Shown piece by piece: positions 36,698 through 49,500 of a stretch of DNA of 64,000 nt. Every line of letters starts with the position of its first letter. The stretch's first letter is position 1. The notes below the pieces were generated by a model that worked only from the letters and a program-made list of their open reading frames with translations, was not told where the DNA came from and searched no databases. The DNA comes from Eledone cirrhosa (taxonomy: Eukaryota), in the NCBI GenBank assembly GCA_964016885.1, contig OZ024753.1, forward strand, positions 15,934,001 through 15,998,000, written 5' to 3'. The translations under genes were made by a program, and so were the position numbers.

Positions 36698-38300
36698 TAT
36701 AATGATATTAATTGTTTCTACTTTTGGCACAAGGACAGCAATTTTCCCAGTGTATTACTGGTACTTTATTTTATCGACCCGTAAGGATGAAAGGCAAAGT
36801 TAACCTCGGCGGGATTTGAACTCAGACAATAAAGGGCCGTAACTCTTTGCTTGCAAAGAATAGCGTCTGACCCTCTTCCGATACTGTCAATCCACCGTTC
36901 TATAATGATATTAATGATGATGATTTTCAACTCTAAATATTGACTATATAGCTTACTAAATGGCTTATTCATTTATTAAGATATAATTTCTCACAGAAAT
37001 AATTCTTCATTAAAAATATTTTTAAAAAAGCAGAAAACATGTTAGAAATTTGAAAAGAGATTTGAACTGATGCAATAATATTCACAAATATCTTAATAGA
37101 ATTTAAGCTGCTTTTATGTGAGACAGCCACTTACAAATCATACAGACTTATGTGTGAAATATAATTCAATTGATTTCCAGTAAGAAAATATTAACAGTGT
37201 AATGAATTACTATTTCATGATGAAAATAATAATTTCTAGTATAAGCACAAGGCCAGCAATTTGAAGAGGGGGGGGGGCCGATTAAATCCACCCCAGTGCA
37301 TTAGTGGTACTTAATTTATCGATCCCGTAAGGATGAAAGGCGAAGCTAACCTCGGTGGGATTTGAACTCACACCATAAAGGGGCGTAACTCTATGATGCA
37401 AAGCATGGTGTCCGACCCTCTACCGATACTGCCAATCCAATCCACCCCAACCCCCCAATACTATTAATAATAATTGTTTCTACTATTAGCACAAGGCCAG
37501 CAATTACCCCAGTACATTACTGGTACTTTATTTTATCGACCCCATAAGGATAAAAGGGAAAGTTAACCTCGGCGGGATTTGAACTCACACCATAAAGGGG
37601 TGTAACTCTATGCTGCAAAGCATGGCGTCCGACCTTCTACTGATACTGCCAACCCCCTGCCCTAGCCAAACCCCCACAATAATATTAATAATAGGTGGTG
37701 AACTGACAGTGTTATTAGAATGTTGGATAGAATGCTTTGCGGTATTCCTTTTAGTTCTCTGCTCTCCAAGTTCAAATCATGCTGATGTCAACTTTTCCTT
37801 TCATTCATTCCAGGTTGATAAAAAGAGTACCAGTCTTGTACTGAGGTCTATTCTTCCTCTGTGTCTCTTACACACTTCCATACTCACTCTTTCTCTCTCT
37901 CTCTCTCTCTCTCCTTCTCTGGAAAAAATCTGATATATTCAGACCTTGAGAGGAGATGGGCTCTGCCAGGTTTAAACATTGTCCTGTTTAAACATTCCTG
38001 TTTTTTTAACAAACGTCAGCTGAAGAATTCATAGGCTGACTATGAAAGATTGATGCTAGTACTGTGAAATCTTGCATGCATTATTTTCAACTCTTCTTCT
38101 AGGCGGTGGATTGGCAGTATCGGTAGAGGGTCGGAGGCCATGCTTTCCAGCATAGTTACATCCCTTTAAGGTCTGAGTTCAAATCCCGCCGAGGTTAACT
38201 TTGCCTTTCATCCTTACGGGGTCGATAAAATAAAGTACCAGTAATGCACTGGGATAATTGCTGGCCTTGCGCCAAAAGTAGAAACAATTAATTTCAACTC
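36698..38300. mobile_element. Cluster of family A SINEs: 36712-36898 (-), 37228-37440 (-), 37465-37655 (-), 37692-37960 (+, old variant), 38101-38290 (+)
   Basis: Core motifs in every copy. TSD TATAATGATATTAAT at 36698 and 36901; imperfect TSD ATTA.TTTCAACTCTTCTT around the 38101 copy. Confidence 0.88.
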
Positions 38301-39639
38301 TTCTTATTAATGACTGCATTGTTTCTTTCCAAGGACTATGTTGAAAAATAAACCTCATTTGGTCATTCCATGAGAGTATCTTGGTCAGCCTGTGAACTTT
38401 TTAGCTGACCCTCAAATAGCATAAATGCACAACACATGCTGTAAAGTGGTCGTGTAGGAGTCACGACACAAAGCACTCAACCCACACTGTAAAGTGGTCA
38501 TGTAGGTGTCACGACAAAAACCACCCAGTCCACACTGTAAAATGGTCATGTAGGTGTCACAAGAAAAAGCACCCAGTCCACACTGTAAATGAGGATGGTG
38601 TTAGGAAGGGCATCCAGCAGTAGAAACCAAGCCAAATCAGTTCTGTATGAGCAAGATATGGTCACCTGACCTAGCAACTTTCAAGGTGCAAATCCCATGG
38701 TCATCCCTGACCAATGGGGTTCTTTATCTATATATAACCCTATATAATCCAATGTTTGTGCTTTAACACTTCATCTTCTGTGCCAATATGAAATCATGTT
38801 AGCAAGACATTCTTGCAAAGTACAAAACAGTACTATCTCTTTATCATGTCAAAAATTGAAGCCTGACAGTAAATTTTCAATGTAACCTCTAATAAAACTT
38901 CTATAAACATTTGAATTAACAAACATATCACATTAGCAAGATATTGTTGAAAAATATGAAACAACATTGAGACATTAAATATTGGAGTCTATAGTTTACT
39001 GCAAATTCTCACAATTTGTCAACTAGTAAAGATACTAGAAACATTTGAATTGATAAACCGATTTTTAAATATTTTCTACCTAATTATAAAAGGATGTTTA
39101 GAGTTTAAAAGTCTGTCTAGAGTCCTGGATGCTCATAAGGCAAGCACTTATCACGGTTTCTGTGGTGTTAAATGACTGAGAATACGACCCCCCCCCCCCC
39201 ACCTGGGAGGATGCTAGTTCATCGCAGGGTTAAACCTCCAGTCATTGCTGATACTCGTTTTCAGCTGAGTGTACTGGAGCAATATGTAATAAAGTGTTTT
39301 GCTCAAGAAAACAACAAACAACCCAGCCCAGGAATCCTATGACATCAGAAATTAATTTTACTTCATACAGAGTCAAATCAATAAGTGAACTCCTAAGTAG
39401 ACACTCAGTCTATTAGAAATAACAGCTAAATATCCTTAAAAAGCCTGATCCAGTTATGTAGTCGTAAAGTGATGGGACCTCTCTTTCTGTTTATTATAAT
39501 CTCTGCTGGAGACATCTTAAAATCTGTGTCACTGATGGAGTTGTAAAGTAATAGAAATAGATCTGTGGGGGGGGTATGAGGAGGGGGGTATGAGGAGAGG
39601 GGATAGGAGGATGGGAGAGGGGGGAGGCTGGGTAGAGAG

Positions 39640-40846
39640 AGAGAGCATGTTTGTACGTGAGAGAGAGAGAGAGAGTGTGTATGTGTGTGAGAGAGAGAGG
39701 GTGTGTGTGTGTATGTGCGTGAGAGAGAGAGGGTGTGTGTGTGTGTGTACGTGTGTGAGAGAGAGAGTGTGTGTGTACGTGTGTGAGAGAGAGAGAGAGA
39801 GGGTGTGTGTGTGTATGTGCGTGAGAGAGAGAGGGTGTGTGTGTGTACGTGTGTGAGAGAGAGAGTGTGTGTGTACGTGTGTGAGAGAGAGAGAGAGAGG
39901 GTGTGTGTGTGAGAGAGAGTGTGTGTGAGAGAGAGGGTGTGTGTGTGCGTGTGAGAGAGAGAGAGGGTATGTGTGAGAGAGAGAGGGTGTGTGTGAGAGA
40001 GAGAGGGTGTGTGTGAGAGAGAGAGGGTGTGTGTGAGAGAGAGAGGGTGTGTGTGTGCATTTGTATGTATATATGTATGTGTGTGTGTATGTATATGTGT
40101 TTGTATGTATATATGTATGTATGTGTGTGTGTATGTACATGTGTTTGTATGTATATATGTATGTGTGTGTGTATGTACGTGTGTGTATGTATGTACATAT
40201 GTGTATGTATGTGTGTATGTACGTGTGTGTGTGTGTGTTTGTATGTATATATGTATGTGTGTGTGTATGTACGTGTGTGTATGTACGTGTGTGTGTTTGT
40301 ATGTATATATGTATGTGTGTGTGTGTGTATGTACGTGTGTGTATGTATGTAAGTATGTGTATGTATGTATGTATGTACATGTGTTTGTATGTATATATGT
40401 ATGTGTGTATGTACGTTTGTGTATGTATGTACGTATGTGTATGTATCTATGTATGTGTGTGTGTGTATGTACATGTTTGTGTTTGTGTGTATATATGTAT
40501 GTGTGTATGTACGTATGTGTATGTATGTATGTATGTATGTACGTATGTGTGTGTGTGTGTTTGTATGTATATACGTATGTGTGTATGTGTGTATGTACCT
40601 GTGTGTGTGTTTGTATGTATGTGTATGTATGTATGTATGTACTTGTGTGTGTGTTTGTATGTATATATTATGTGTGTATGTACGTGTGTATATGTATGTA
40701 CGTATGTGTATGTATGTATGTATGTGTGTCTGTAAGTACGTGTGTGTGCGTTTGTATGTATATGTGTATGTGTGTATGTACGTGTGTGTATGTATGAACG
40801 TGTGTATGTATGTACGTATGTGTATGTATGTATGTATCTGTGTGTG

Positions 40847-40877
<31 letters not shown>

Positions 40878-40940
40878 GTGTATGTGTGTATGTACGTGTG
40901 TGTGTTTGTATATATATATATGTATATATGTATGTGTATG
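39640..40940. repeat. Compound (GA)/(GT)/(GTAT) microsatellite
   Basis: Direct inspection. Confidence 0.97.
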
Positions 40941-41422
40941 GCTGTAAGTTTCTTCATTGTTATTCTATTGATAAAACCAAGGAACTTGAATTATAATGGC
41001 GGCTGTGAGAAGTCTGCTATAACGACAGGTTAGAACTAAAACACATCTTCACATTGCTCTCATGTAAAATCTAAAGTGTTCACCACGAAAGGAAACAATA
41101 TTTTTTCTATTGGTTGTTTATACAGTTTTTTTAATCGTCTTAAAATATTAAATTTGACATTATTTCTGACGGCACAACTATATCGTACTTTCATACAACT
41201 TGGTACGGAAGCAGCAGTAAGTGTGCTGAAATAGAGGAAGTCTTTATGAAAGCAATTGCCAGGTAGAACCTTAATGTAAATGTTAAAATCTACTCATCAT
41301 AAAATTGATTTTCTTCAACAGAACACAAGACATCTTGCCTACTGGGTTATTATATGAACAATATAAAGAAATGACAGGCTTGTGATGGGAATTGCCATAG
41401 TAGAAATAGATCTGCCCACCAG

Positions 41423-42549
41423 TCATCATCACCATTAACTGGCGACCGCAGCTAAAATCAACTCAACAATTGATCTCCACGGGGGTCTGTCGTTCATTGC
41501 CGTTGCCAAGTCCTGGATTTCACTACCAGAATCTCTGGAGATGACATTGGGATAGGAGAGCTTGTGGCCCCTGTTATTAGTGACTACTTGTGGTTTCTAG
41601 AGCACTAATGGGGACACAGCCTCGTAGGTGGCATGATGGCAGTGGCCAGCTAATCGGGATAAGAGAGCTTGCACCCCCTGTTATTAGTGACTGCTTGTGG
41701 TTTCTAGAGCACTAATGGGGACACAGCCTCAGAGGTGGCATGATGGCAGTGGCCAGCTAATCGGGATAAGAGAGCTTGCACCCCCTGTTATTAGTGACTG
41801 CTTGTGGTTTCTAGAGCACTAATGGGGACACAGCCTCGTAGGTGGCACGATGGCAGTGACCAGCAAATTGGGATAGGAGAGCTTGCGCCCCCTGTTATTA
41901 GTGGCTGCTTGTGGTTTCTAGAGCACTAATGGGGACACAGCCTCGTAGGTGGCACGATGGCAGTGACCAGCAAATTGGGATAGGAGAGCTTGCGCCCCCT
42001 GTTATTAGTGGCTGCTTGTGGTTTCTAGAGCACTAATGGGGACACAGCCTCGTAGGTGGCACGATGGCAGTGACCAGCAAATTGGGATAGGAGAGCTTGC
42101 GCCCCCTGTTATTAGTGACTGCTTGTGGTTTCTAGAGCACTAATGGGGACACAGCCTCGTAGGTGGCACGATGGCAGTGACCAGCAAATTGGGATAGGAA
42201 AGCTTGTGCCCCCTGTTATTAGTGACTGCTTGTGGTTTCTAGAGCACTAATGGGGACACAGCCTCGTAGGTGGCACGATGGCAGTGGCCAGCAAATTGGG
42301 ATAGGAGAGCTTGTGCCCTCTGTTATTAGTGACTGCTTGTGGTTTCTAGAACACTAATGGGGACACAGCCTCGTAGGTGGCACGATGGCAGTGACCAGCA
42401 AATCTTACTCTCCTTTTACGTACAATGACAGATATGTGTGGGAGACCGGCATATATCTCTCTCAAAGTCAGATGTGGCCACCTTATGTTCTGACTGCATT
42501 GAAGCAGGCAAGTGTCGGTGACATCAAGGTAGTAGTAGTAGTGGTGGTG

Positions 42550-42588
<39 letters not shown>

Positions 42589-42662
42589 GGTGCCATCAAG
42601 GTAGTAGTGGTGGTAGTAGTAGTGTAGGTGCCATCAAGGTAGTGGTGGTGGTGGTGGTGGTG

Positions 42663-42711
<49 letters not shown>

Positions 42712-42834
42712 GTGCCATCAAGGTAGTAGTGGTGGTAGTAGTAGTGTCGGTGACATCAAGGTAGTAGTAGTAGTAGTGGTGGTAGTAGTAGTGTCGGTGA
42801 CATCAAGGTAGTAGTAGTAGTGGTGGTGGTGGTG

Positions 42835-42868
<34 letters not shown>

Positions 42869-42944
42869 GTGCCATCAAGGTAGTAGTGGTGGTAGTAGTA
42901 GTGTCGGTGACATCAAGGTAGTAGTAGTAGTAGTGGTGGTGGTG

Positions 42945-43002
<58 letters not shown>

Positions 43003-43078
43003 GTGCCATCAAGGTAGTAGTGGTGGTAGTTATAGTGTAGGTGCCATCAAGGTGCTTTTGTTGTTTGGATGAAAGCAT
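41423..43078 (-). mobile_element. RTE-like LINE 3' end expanded by two internal repeat arrays
   Basis: Minus-strand translation gives MLSSKQQKHLDGTYT / ..QNIRWPHLTLREIYAGLPHISVIVRKRRVRFAGHCHRATYEAVSPLVL*KP..RG.KLSYPNVISRDSGSEIQDLATAMNDRPPWRSIV, followed by a (TGA) tail. Confidence 0.85.
41546..42405. repeat. Minisatellite, 107-bp unit, 8 copies
   Basis: GATA(G/A)GAGAG recurs at 41551, 41658, 41765, 41872 and onward. Confidence 0.97.
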
Positions 43079-43611
43079 GTTTCACTTCCATATAGCATTG
43101 GGAAATAGAAAGTAATTGTATATCTAAATCCACATTATCTAATGTGTTCTTTCCTTTTTAAGATCATAGGAATGAATTGAGGGAGATTTAGCAATTATTT
43201 CTAGCAGATGCAGTGATAAGAGTTTCTCTCATTGTCTTATACTAAATTTTAAAAAAAGGTATCAATCGACAAGAGCCCAAACCTCATTCACTTACCAAGT
43301 ACGGTGGAACTCATCAAATTGGACCAAGGAAACAATGTTTCCATTGGTATTTCCAATTGCTGATACTATCTACCAGTCACGACTCCTCGCAGAAGGAGCA
43401 ATGTAAAATAATGTCTTGCTTAAGGTCATAACACATTGCCCAGTCTGGAAATTGAACTTGCAACCTCACGATTGTGAATCCAATTCTCTAACCACTATTC
43501 CATATAACAGGTACAGGCATGACTTTGTTGTTTAGGAGTTTGTGTTGCAGCCACATGGGTTGGGAACCTTGAGCAAATGCTTTTTCTGATATAACCATAA
43601 GTTGACCAGTG

Positions 43612-43818
43612 AAGTGAATTTTACATTGGCAGCATAATAAAGCCACTACACATCCGTATCAAAGAAGACCTAAAAAAATAACACATAGCTAAGTACAAGA
43701 TATAACAGTTAATATGGAAACCACGGATAGGAATACTGGCAACCTGAGAATCAAACAATCCATTCTAATAGCCAAACTCAAACTACAAACCAACAACAGA
43801 CTACACTGGCTAACATAG
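43612..43818 (+). mobile_element. Penelope-like GIY-YIG endonuclease remnant
   Basis: EFYIGSIIKPLHIRIKEDL..KHIAK..DRNTGNLRIKQSILIAKLKLQTNNR. Confidence 0.75.
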
Positions 43819-44160
43819 ACATAGCCATTACAACACTTCATTCCACTTCTAAAATATATATAACTCTAGTTTACAACATAGCTTAGATCACATACCACAT
43901 GATGCATTCACTACTACCGGCATTAAATAAATAAATAAAACAAAAAAAAAACATCTCCAAATTTCAAAGATAGAAACTTAAGACAAACAAACAAACAAAC
44001 AAAAAATATATATATATATATATAAGTAGAAGTGGTATTTAATTTGTTGGAAGTCCGACAAACATAAATGTTTATAACTGATTTAGAGCACTCAACAAAT
44101 TACTGGAGTAAATATTCAATGATATTAACTAAATGGAAACTATATTTATAAAACCATATT

Positions 44161-44225
44161 TATTTTATTATATATATTTGAAGGGTACCAAGACAAACAT
44201 TGGTACGCTTTCATCAGATAAAATA
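44161..44225 (-). ncRNA. Hammerhead motif with a GAAA to CAAA core mutation
   Basis: UAUUUUAU CUGAUGA AAG-C-GUACCAA-loop-UUGGUAC-C-CUU CAAA UAUAUA UA AUAAAAUA. Confidence 0.65.
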
Positions 44226-44309
44226 CAAAGTTTGTTTTATAAATAGAGACATACCCATGAAAATCATACCTTATCGGTTGTAAATTCACAAATATATCTA
44301 TATATATAT

Positions 44310-44650
44310 GGAGGCACATGGCTTAGTGGTTAGAGCATTGGCCTTGCAATCGAAAGGTTATGCATTCAATTCTCAGGCTGGGTGATGTGTTGTTTGTTTC
44401 CTTGAGCTAGACACTTTATTTCACATTGCTCCAGTTTACTCAGCTGTAGAAATGAGATGATACGGACTGGGGTCCATACCATTCTACTGCAAAGTGGTCG
44501 TGGAGGTGCCATGGCAAAAAAAAAGCACCCAGCACTCACTGTAAATGAGGTTGGTGTTAGGAAGGGCATCCAGCTGTAGAAATCAAGCCAGAATCAGTTC
44601 CCGTCCCACCCTTGCAAGCAGGGAAAAGCGGATGTAAAATGAAATGATGA
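44310..44650 (+). mobile_element. Family B SINE
   Basis: Homology to the 22625 copy. Confidence 0.88.
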
Positions 44651-44893
44651 TATATATATATATAAATGAAAATATAGAAATTAATGTGAGCAAGAAGCCA
44701 ACAGTATTTCATAATATATAAGTGACTATAACGTCAAAATGGAAAATAATTAACGTAAGATATGGGAAAATAATTCAAACTCAATTAAAAAAAAATCAAG
44801 TCAGAGATTTTATCCACAGATTTTGTGAAATCCAGGGAAAAAACCAATAGAGTCTTAACTCAGAATAAAATAAAGTTTAAATACTCATATATA

Positions 44894-44937
<44 letters not shown>

Positions 44938-44996
44938 CTGCTAAAAAAAGGTAAGAGAGAAAAGTATCTATTCCTGTGATTATCATTGTGCGTGAC

Positions 44997-45292
44997 CATA
45001 GCCGGATTTAATGATTGTGGGGGAGGGGGGGATTGCCCCAGGGCCCCTGTAGTGGGGCAATAGTGACAGCTGTAGTAATTTATTTGTCCCCTCAGCTGGA
45101 CTTTAGGATATTTAGAATTTTTGAATTTAATACCTGTATGTATAACTTTTCAATTCCAATTACTTGCACCAGTCTACCTTTGATATGTAAAATTGGGGGG
45201 TTTGCTGCGGATTCTAACTTGTTGCGTATGAGGGACCCCCCCCCCCGCTCCCTGAAATGCCCTGGGCCTTCCAAAGTCTAAAGCCCACCCTC
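44997..45292. mobile_element. Possible hAT-type MITE
   Basis: Degenerate termini (GCCGGATTTA / TAAAGCCCACCC), GC-rich subterminal GGGCCC motifs, and 8-bp flanks TGCGTGAC / TGTGTGAC. Confidence 0.45.
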
Positions 45293-45973
45293 TGTGTGAC
45301 TTAATATTCCAATTAAAAGAAAGGATTTTGATTCCTAATTGTGAGATTTAATCTAATTCAAAATGTTGACTTAAAAATATCTTCCAGACAGGAATGAACA
45401 TCACAGCAACACATTTCCAATCAGTAAAATTATGGATCAAAGATAAATAATATTTTGTAGACATAATTCAATGTGTTATATATTATTGTTTATATATATA
45501 TATGTTTCTATGTCTTTTTTTTCTTTTCTTATATAAATAATAAAAATATTTACACGCACAAAACCCACATCGTGCCGTCCTGTGCCGTCTGTACTGTTTT
45601 TCTTGATGTCAGCCCTTGTGGCCAATAAAGAAATTATTATTATTATTCAAAAGTTTGCTGAATTTCTATTTAAAGTGCCTCTACTGTAACAAAAAAACTA
45701 TCAATAAAGCAAGAAAAAGTTAAACAACAACAAAAACAACCACAACAAAAACAACAACCACCACAACCACAAAAACAACAACCATGACAACAAAAATATC
45801 AACAAATAACAAAACATTAACAAATAACAACCCAAAAAAGAATATTAACAACAACAAATCAGCGAAAATCTAAAATAAAATCTCAAAAAATATTCTCTTG
45901 AGAGAAATGTCATCTAAACATTGAGGAATCAATGGAAGTTGGGGAAAGAAAAATATATTGAGAGAAAGAAGGC

Positions 45974-45980
45974 ATATATA

Positions 45981-46043
<63 letters not shown>

Positions 46044-46097
46044 GTATGTATATGTGTGTGTGTGTATGTATATGTATATATATATATATATATACAC

Positions 46098-46140
<43 letters not shown>

Positions 46141-46392
46141 CACACACATGTATATATATATATATAAATGTGTGTATGTGCGTAAATATATATATATATA
46201 TACATATACACACACATGTGTGTGTGTGTATATATATATATACACACACCTATATATACATATACATACATAATATACATATACATATATAAATACATAT
46301 ATATACATATATATAAATACATATATTTACATATATATATATACATATATTTACATATATATATATACATATATATACATATATATATATAC

Positions 46393-46439
<47 letters not shown>

Positions 46440-46512
46440 CATATATATACATATGTATATATACACAAACACACACACACATACACACGTGTGTGTGTGT
46501 GTGTGTGTGTGT
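45974..46512. repeat. (TA)/(CA)/(GT) compound microsatellite
   Basis: Direct inspection. Confidence 0.97.
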
Positions 46513-46780
46513 AAAAGAATATATGTACAAAGGAAATTAACAGACTGAATATATTCGCTATGAGAAAAGTGTCTTGGTAAATATATTTATCAAATTACTC
46601 TCCATCCTGTATCAGACATGTTCTCTTGTTAATGTTTCATTATATCAATGTTGAGGATGTTCTCTGGCGAAAGAGTTAAAAGCTTGTTTCACAATCCTAA
46701 GATACTTGGTTTAATCTGTGTAGTATGGTGAGCTATTGTCATTTACCTTATGGTGAAGCTGGTGAATTGGCAGGATCGTT

Positions 46781-47175
46781 ACTGGAGCAATGTGAAATAA
46801 AGTGTCTTGCTCAAGGAAACAACACATCACCCAATTCTCCAACCAGGTGATGTGTTGTTTCCTTGAGCAAGACATTTTATTTCACATTGCTCCAGTTTAC
46901 TCAGCTGTAGAAATGAGATGATAGGACTGGGGTCCTTATTATTCCACTGCAAAGTGGTCGTGGAGGTGCCACGGCAAAAAAGGCACCCAGCACTCACTGT
47001 AAATGAGGTTGGTGTTAGGAAGGGCATCCAGCTGTAGAAATCAAGCCAGAATCAGTTCCCGTATGAGCAAGACAAGGTCAGCCGACCAGACACTGCCGAC
47101 AACAGGACAACCCGTCTAACCCATGCTTGCATGGAAGAACGGACGTAAAACGGTGATGATGATGATGATGATGAT
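46781..47175 (+). mobile_element. Family B SINE with an inverted 5' segment, nested in an older family A SINE
   Basis: 46781-46831 is the reverse complement of 46846-46896. The host SINE head at 46760-46780 resumes at about 47178. Confidence 0.85.
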
Positions 47176-47797
47176 ATTACAACGTTGGATCAAATGACTT
47201 GTGCTATTCCAGCTCTATCAGTTTAAATCCCACCATGTCAACTTTGACTTACACCCTTTCAAGGCCGATCAAAAAATGTACCAGTCAAGTACTGGAATCA
47301 ATTCTTCCTCTATATCTCTTTTTCCAGTTCCTCTCTCTCTCTCAATCCTTCTCTGGAAGAAATCTGCTGAATTCAGACAGAGAGAGCGATGGTGTCACTC
47401 TGGAATGCACTCAATACTCACACATCCGATAAAATGGTGGATGAACAGACCAAAGCAACATAGATGAGCCTCAGATCTTGTTGGGTATATGACAACCTCT
47501 CTACAGTTGGTCCCACAATGGAGTGTACATGATACACTTTGCTAGTGCTGTTGCCACAATAATTTCACCTCGTACACTCTGTAAAGCGGTATTGCGGGTT
47601 TCACAATAAAATACTCCCAATGCACTCTGTAGAATGTAACATGGTTGGCTTAAGGAAGAGCATCCAGCTGTAGAAACCAGGCCAAATGTGAAACATATCA
47701 GCTGGATATTGTTTCACATTTGGCCTGGTTTCTAGTCTTGGACTGTGACAAGTTATTCAATATATGCCAGAATAACATAAGATGATATATATATGAT

Positions 47798-48230
47798 GGA
47801 GGCACATGGCTTAGTGGTTAGAGCATTGGCCTTGCAATCGAAAGGTTGTCAGTTCGATTCTCAGACCGGGTGATGTGTTGTTTCCTTGAGCAAGACACTT
47901 TATTTCACATGGCTCCAGTTTACTCAGCTGTAGAAATGAGATGATAGGGACTGGGGTCCATATCATTCCACTGCAAAGTGGTAGTGGAGGTGTCACGGCA
48001 AAAAAGAACCCAGCCCACACTGTAAAGTGGTCGTGTAGGCGCCATGGCAAAAAAGCACCCAGCCCACACTGTAAAGTGGTCGTGTATGTGCCATGGCAAA
48101 AAAGCACTCACTGTAAATGAGGTTGGTGTTAGGAAGGGCATCCAGCTGTAGAAATCAAGCCAGAATCAGTTCCCGTCCCACCCTTGCAAGCAGGGAAAAA
48201 GCGGACGTAAAATGGTGATGATGATGATGA
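47798..48230 (+). mobile_element. Family B SINE with 3 copies of the 50-bp module
   Basis: Homology to the 22625 copy. Confidence 0.9.
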
Positions 48231-48696
48231 TATATATATATATATAGTGTGTGAGTGCGTGTGCGTGCGATGTAGTTGATATTAGGAAAGGCAGCCAGCT
48301 GTGGGGACCAAACCAAAATACATATTCATATAAGCATGCCAGTTTCCGGGCCTAACTCATCCCATAATGTAACAACCTGTCTAATCCATGCTAGCACAGA
48401 AAATAGACATTAAATGATGATATGTGTGTGAGTATATGTATATATATATATCAGTTAATTTTCTTGATTTTTTTTAGTTGATTCTATTGACTGATGAATA
48501 GCTTTTGTTAACTTTAAAACCATTCTTGCAATTTTGCAATATTACACATACTGAATTCATCCGCCAAAAATATGGGTTGCCTACCTTGCCGAGCCCCACA
48601 TGGGTATTGGTAACGGTCAATCCTTGGCCTGGCACTTGAACTAAAGCCTGTTGAGAAAGTGACTTCCTTGTTCAATCATCTTACCAAAAGCTTAAC

Positions 48697-48909
48697 ATTA
48701 TTTGTCTAAGCGGTGGATTGGCAGTATCGGTAGAGAGTCGGACGCCATGCTTTCCAGCATAGTTACGTCCCTTTACGATCTGAGTTCAAATCCCGCCGAG
48801 GTTGACTTTGCCTTTCATCCTTACGGGGTCGATAAAATAAAGTACCAGTAATGCACTGGGTAATTGCTGGCCTTGTGCCTAAAGTAGAAACAATTATTTG
48901 TCTAAGCGG
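48697..48909 (+). mobile_element. Young family A SINE with 17-bp TSD
   Basis: ATTATTTGTCTAAGCGG occurs at 48697-48713 and 48893-48909. Confidence 0.93.
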
Positions 48910-49289
48910 ACAGTACTTGATTTAGGAGTCGCAGAAACCCAAATGCTGGATTTTCACCAACCATCCAGGGGTCCGGGTAAATTTTTCAATCATATTTTTT
49001 TATTTGTTTGATCCAAATTACTTGGTCGTTTCTATGGCTGTGCGGATAATGGTTTAACCATCGTCTCAGTGTGTTTGGCCTTTTAACGTATGTTGTAGCT
49101 CTGGTTCGTTAGAATCTATTGAGCGCTTGCCACACATCTCAGAAGTTGTTTTTCGCTAATTTCCAATAGCCGAAATACGATTCTCGCTAATTTATATTTG
49201 TATATATATATATATATACATACATATATATACACACACACACATAGCCTCAACCTCCTGCATCAAATCGTCTGCATCCTTCACTGTAT

Positions 49290-49500
49290 TTGTGGAGTGT
49301 GGGGCTGAGAATGAATGAGACTAAAACAAAATATCTGGTAGAGAATGTTGAGAAGCCAGAGGGGATCACTAATGTAGGCAGGAAGCCGCTAGAATTGGTT
49401 GAGGACTTCCTGTATTTGGGAGCAAAGATTGGGAATACGGAAGATGATGTGGTTGAGAGGAAGAACAAAGCCTGGGCAGCATGCCACAGCTTGAGTATCC
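49290..49500 (+). mobile_element. RTE-like LINE fragment (end of RT)
   Basis: VGLRMNETKTKYL...LELVEDFLYLG...RKNKAWAACHSL. Confidence 0.85.

Noticed and set aside
38015-38060. CTGAAGA...GAAA hammerhead-like motif
   Set aside because: The stem overlaps GAAA and there is no stem I or III closure.
39494-41033. Long His/Thr/Tyr or Val/Cys/Met ORFs (also 20744-21366, 27894-28593, 31952-32500, 45870-46548)
   Set aside because: These are translations of microsatellites.
41546-42405. 107-bp unit as a tandem ribozyme (twister, HDV or hammerhead retrozyme)
   Set aside because: It has hairpins and GAAAC..GTC but no CUGANGA or other complete core, and it is fully explained as RTE coding sequence.
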